DNA from: Pristiophorus japonicus
Lineage: Eukaryota
DNA length: 64,000 nt
Assembly: GCF_044704955.1 (NCBI RefSeq)
Contig: NC_091985.1
Span: 194,866,001 to 194,930,000, forward strand
Direction: 5' to 3'
This document shows positions 63,522-64,000 of the stretch, piece by piece. Position 1 is the first letter of the stretch. Each line of letters begins with the position of its first letter. The notes beneath the pieces were generated by a model. It was not told the DNA's origin. It ran no database searches and saw nothing but the letters and a program-made list of their open reading frames with translations. Both the position numbers and the translations under genes were made by a program.

Positions 63522-63735
63522 TCCTTCCTCTGGGATGCTGGGGGTTCACCATCCTTATTTGTCTAAGGAATCTACGAGGAAAGCAGGAAAAAAAGAGCAG
63601 CAGAAGGAACAGACAAATATAAAAGTAATCCTAATTCCTACAGCTCAACGCCCTCAGTCACAACTCTCAGCAAAATATGTCAACACTCTGCTCAAGGCAC
63701 ACTCCACTGAAGTCACGTGTAAGCTTACATAAATT
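63522..63735 (-). other. Unique non-satellite island with a candidate 3' splice acceptor (AG at 63573-63572)
   Basis: Minus strand reads ..TTTGTCTGTTCCTTCTGCTGCTCTTTTTTTCCTGCTTTCCTCGTAG|ATTCCTTAGAC..; no TIR, tail or TSD seen. Confidence 0.55.
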
Positions 63736-64000
63736 CAGAACTACAGAGTTAGAGATTTAGTGAAATAAAGAACTACAGAACTAGCAAACTGCAATGCAAG
63801 AGAAGTGGAGAACAAGCGGACTACAGAAACAGAGAACCAGAGAAACAGGTAACTAGAGTACTGAAGATCTAGAAAACTACTGAAATACATGTAACAAGCA
63901 AAGTACGAGAGAACTGGAGATCCATAGAACAGCTGCACTGGTGGATTGCAGAACTAGAGAACTGCAGAAGTAGAGAATGACAGAACTAGAGAACTACAGA
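63736..64000 (+). repeat. Highly degenerate satellite
   Basis: Octamer frame still recognisable but much more diverged than elsewhere. Confidence 0.8.

Noticed and set aside
63535-63732. 65-aa plus-strand ORF in the unique island
   Set aside because: No recognisable motif; its Lys/Glu/Gln-rich part is just the reverse complement of the polypyrimidine tract.
21493-63938. Minus-strand Ser/Leu/Phe-rich 'membrane-like' ORFs and plus-strand ELQN-type ORFs in satellite
   Set aside because: Expected by-products of (AGTTCT-NN)n; short and without domain signal.
1-64000. Heat-shock elements or telomeric repeats in the satellite
   Set aside because: GAA units are direct repeats with 8-bp period, not alternating nGAAn/nTTCn. 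No (TTAGGG)n runs, only isolated TTAGGG in one module.

Overview
Non-coding vertebrate heterochromatin, most likely from a shark or ray (inferred from the CR1 LINE 3' end and its (TTTCTATG)n tail, which resemble elasmobranch HER1/HE1). About 80% of the window is one strand-polarised, purine-rich satellite. It is built on an 8-bp frame AGAACT-NN, organised as 16-bp dimers (consensus AGAACTAGAGAACTGC), then as ~2.8-2.9 kb higher-order units, and at 1.9-17 kb as a young ~5.7 kb A+B super-repeat. Inserted in it are two related non-autonomous TIR DNA elements (697-1899, 28339-30801), a short CR1 3' fragment (30902-31059), a full-length but decayed Gypsy/Mag-type LTR retrotransposon (44571-49328), a truncated, internally deleted CR1 LINE (51641-54788, minus strand) and a ~210-bp unique island with a strong minus-strand splice acceptor (63522-63735). 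No intact host gene is visible. The most unusual signals are ordered one-mutation-per-step ladders of 16-mers, local expansions that use a 16-bp step, a transversion-dominated LTR divergence, and a two-template patchwork insertion inside the second TIR element. All counts were made by eye and are approximate.
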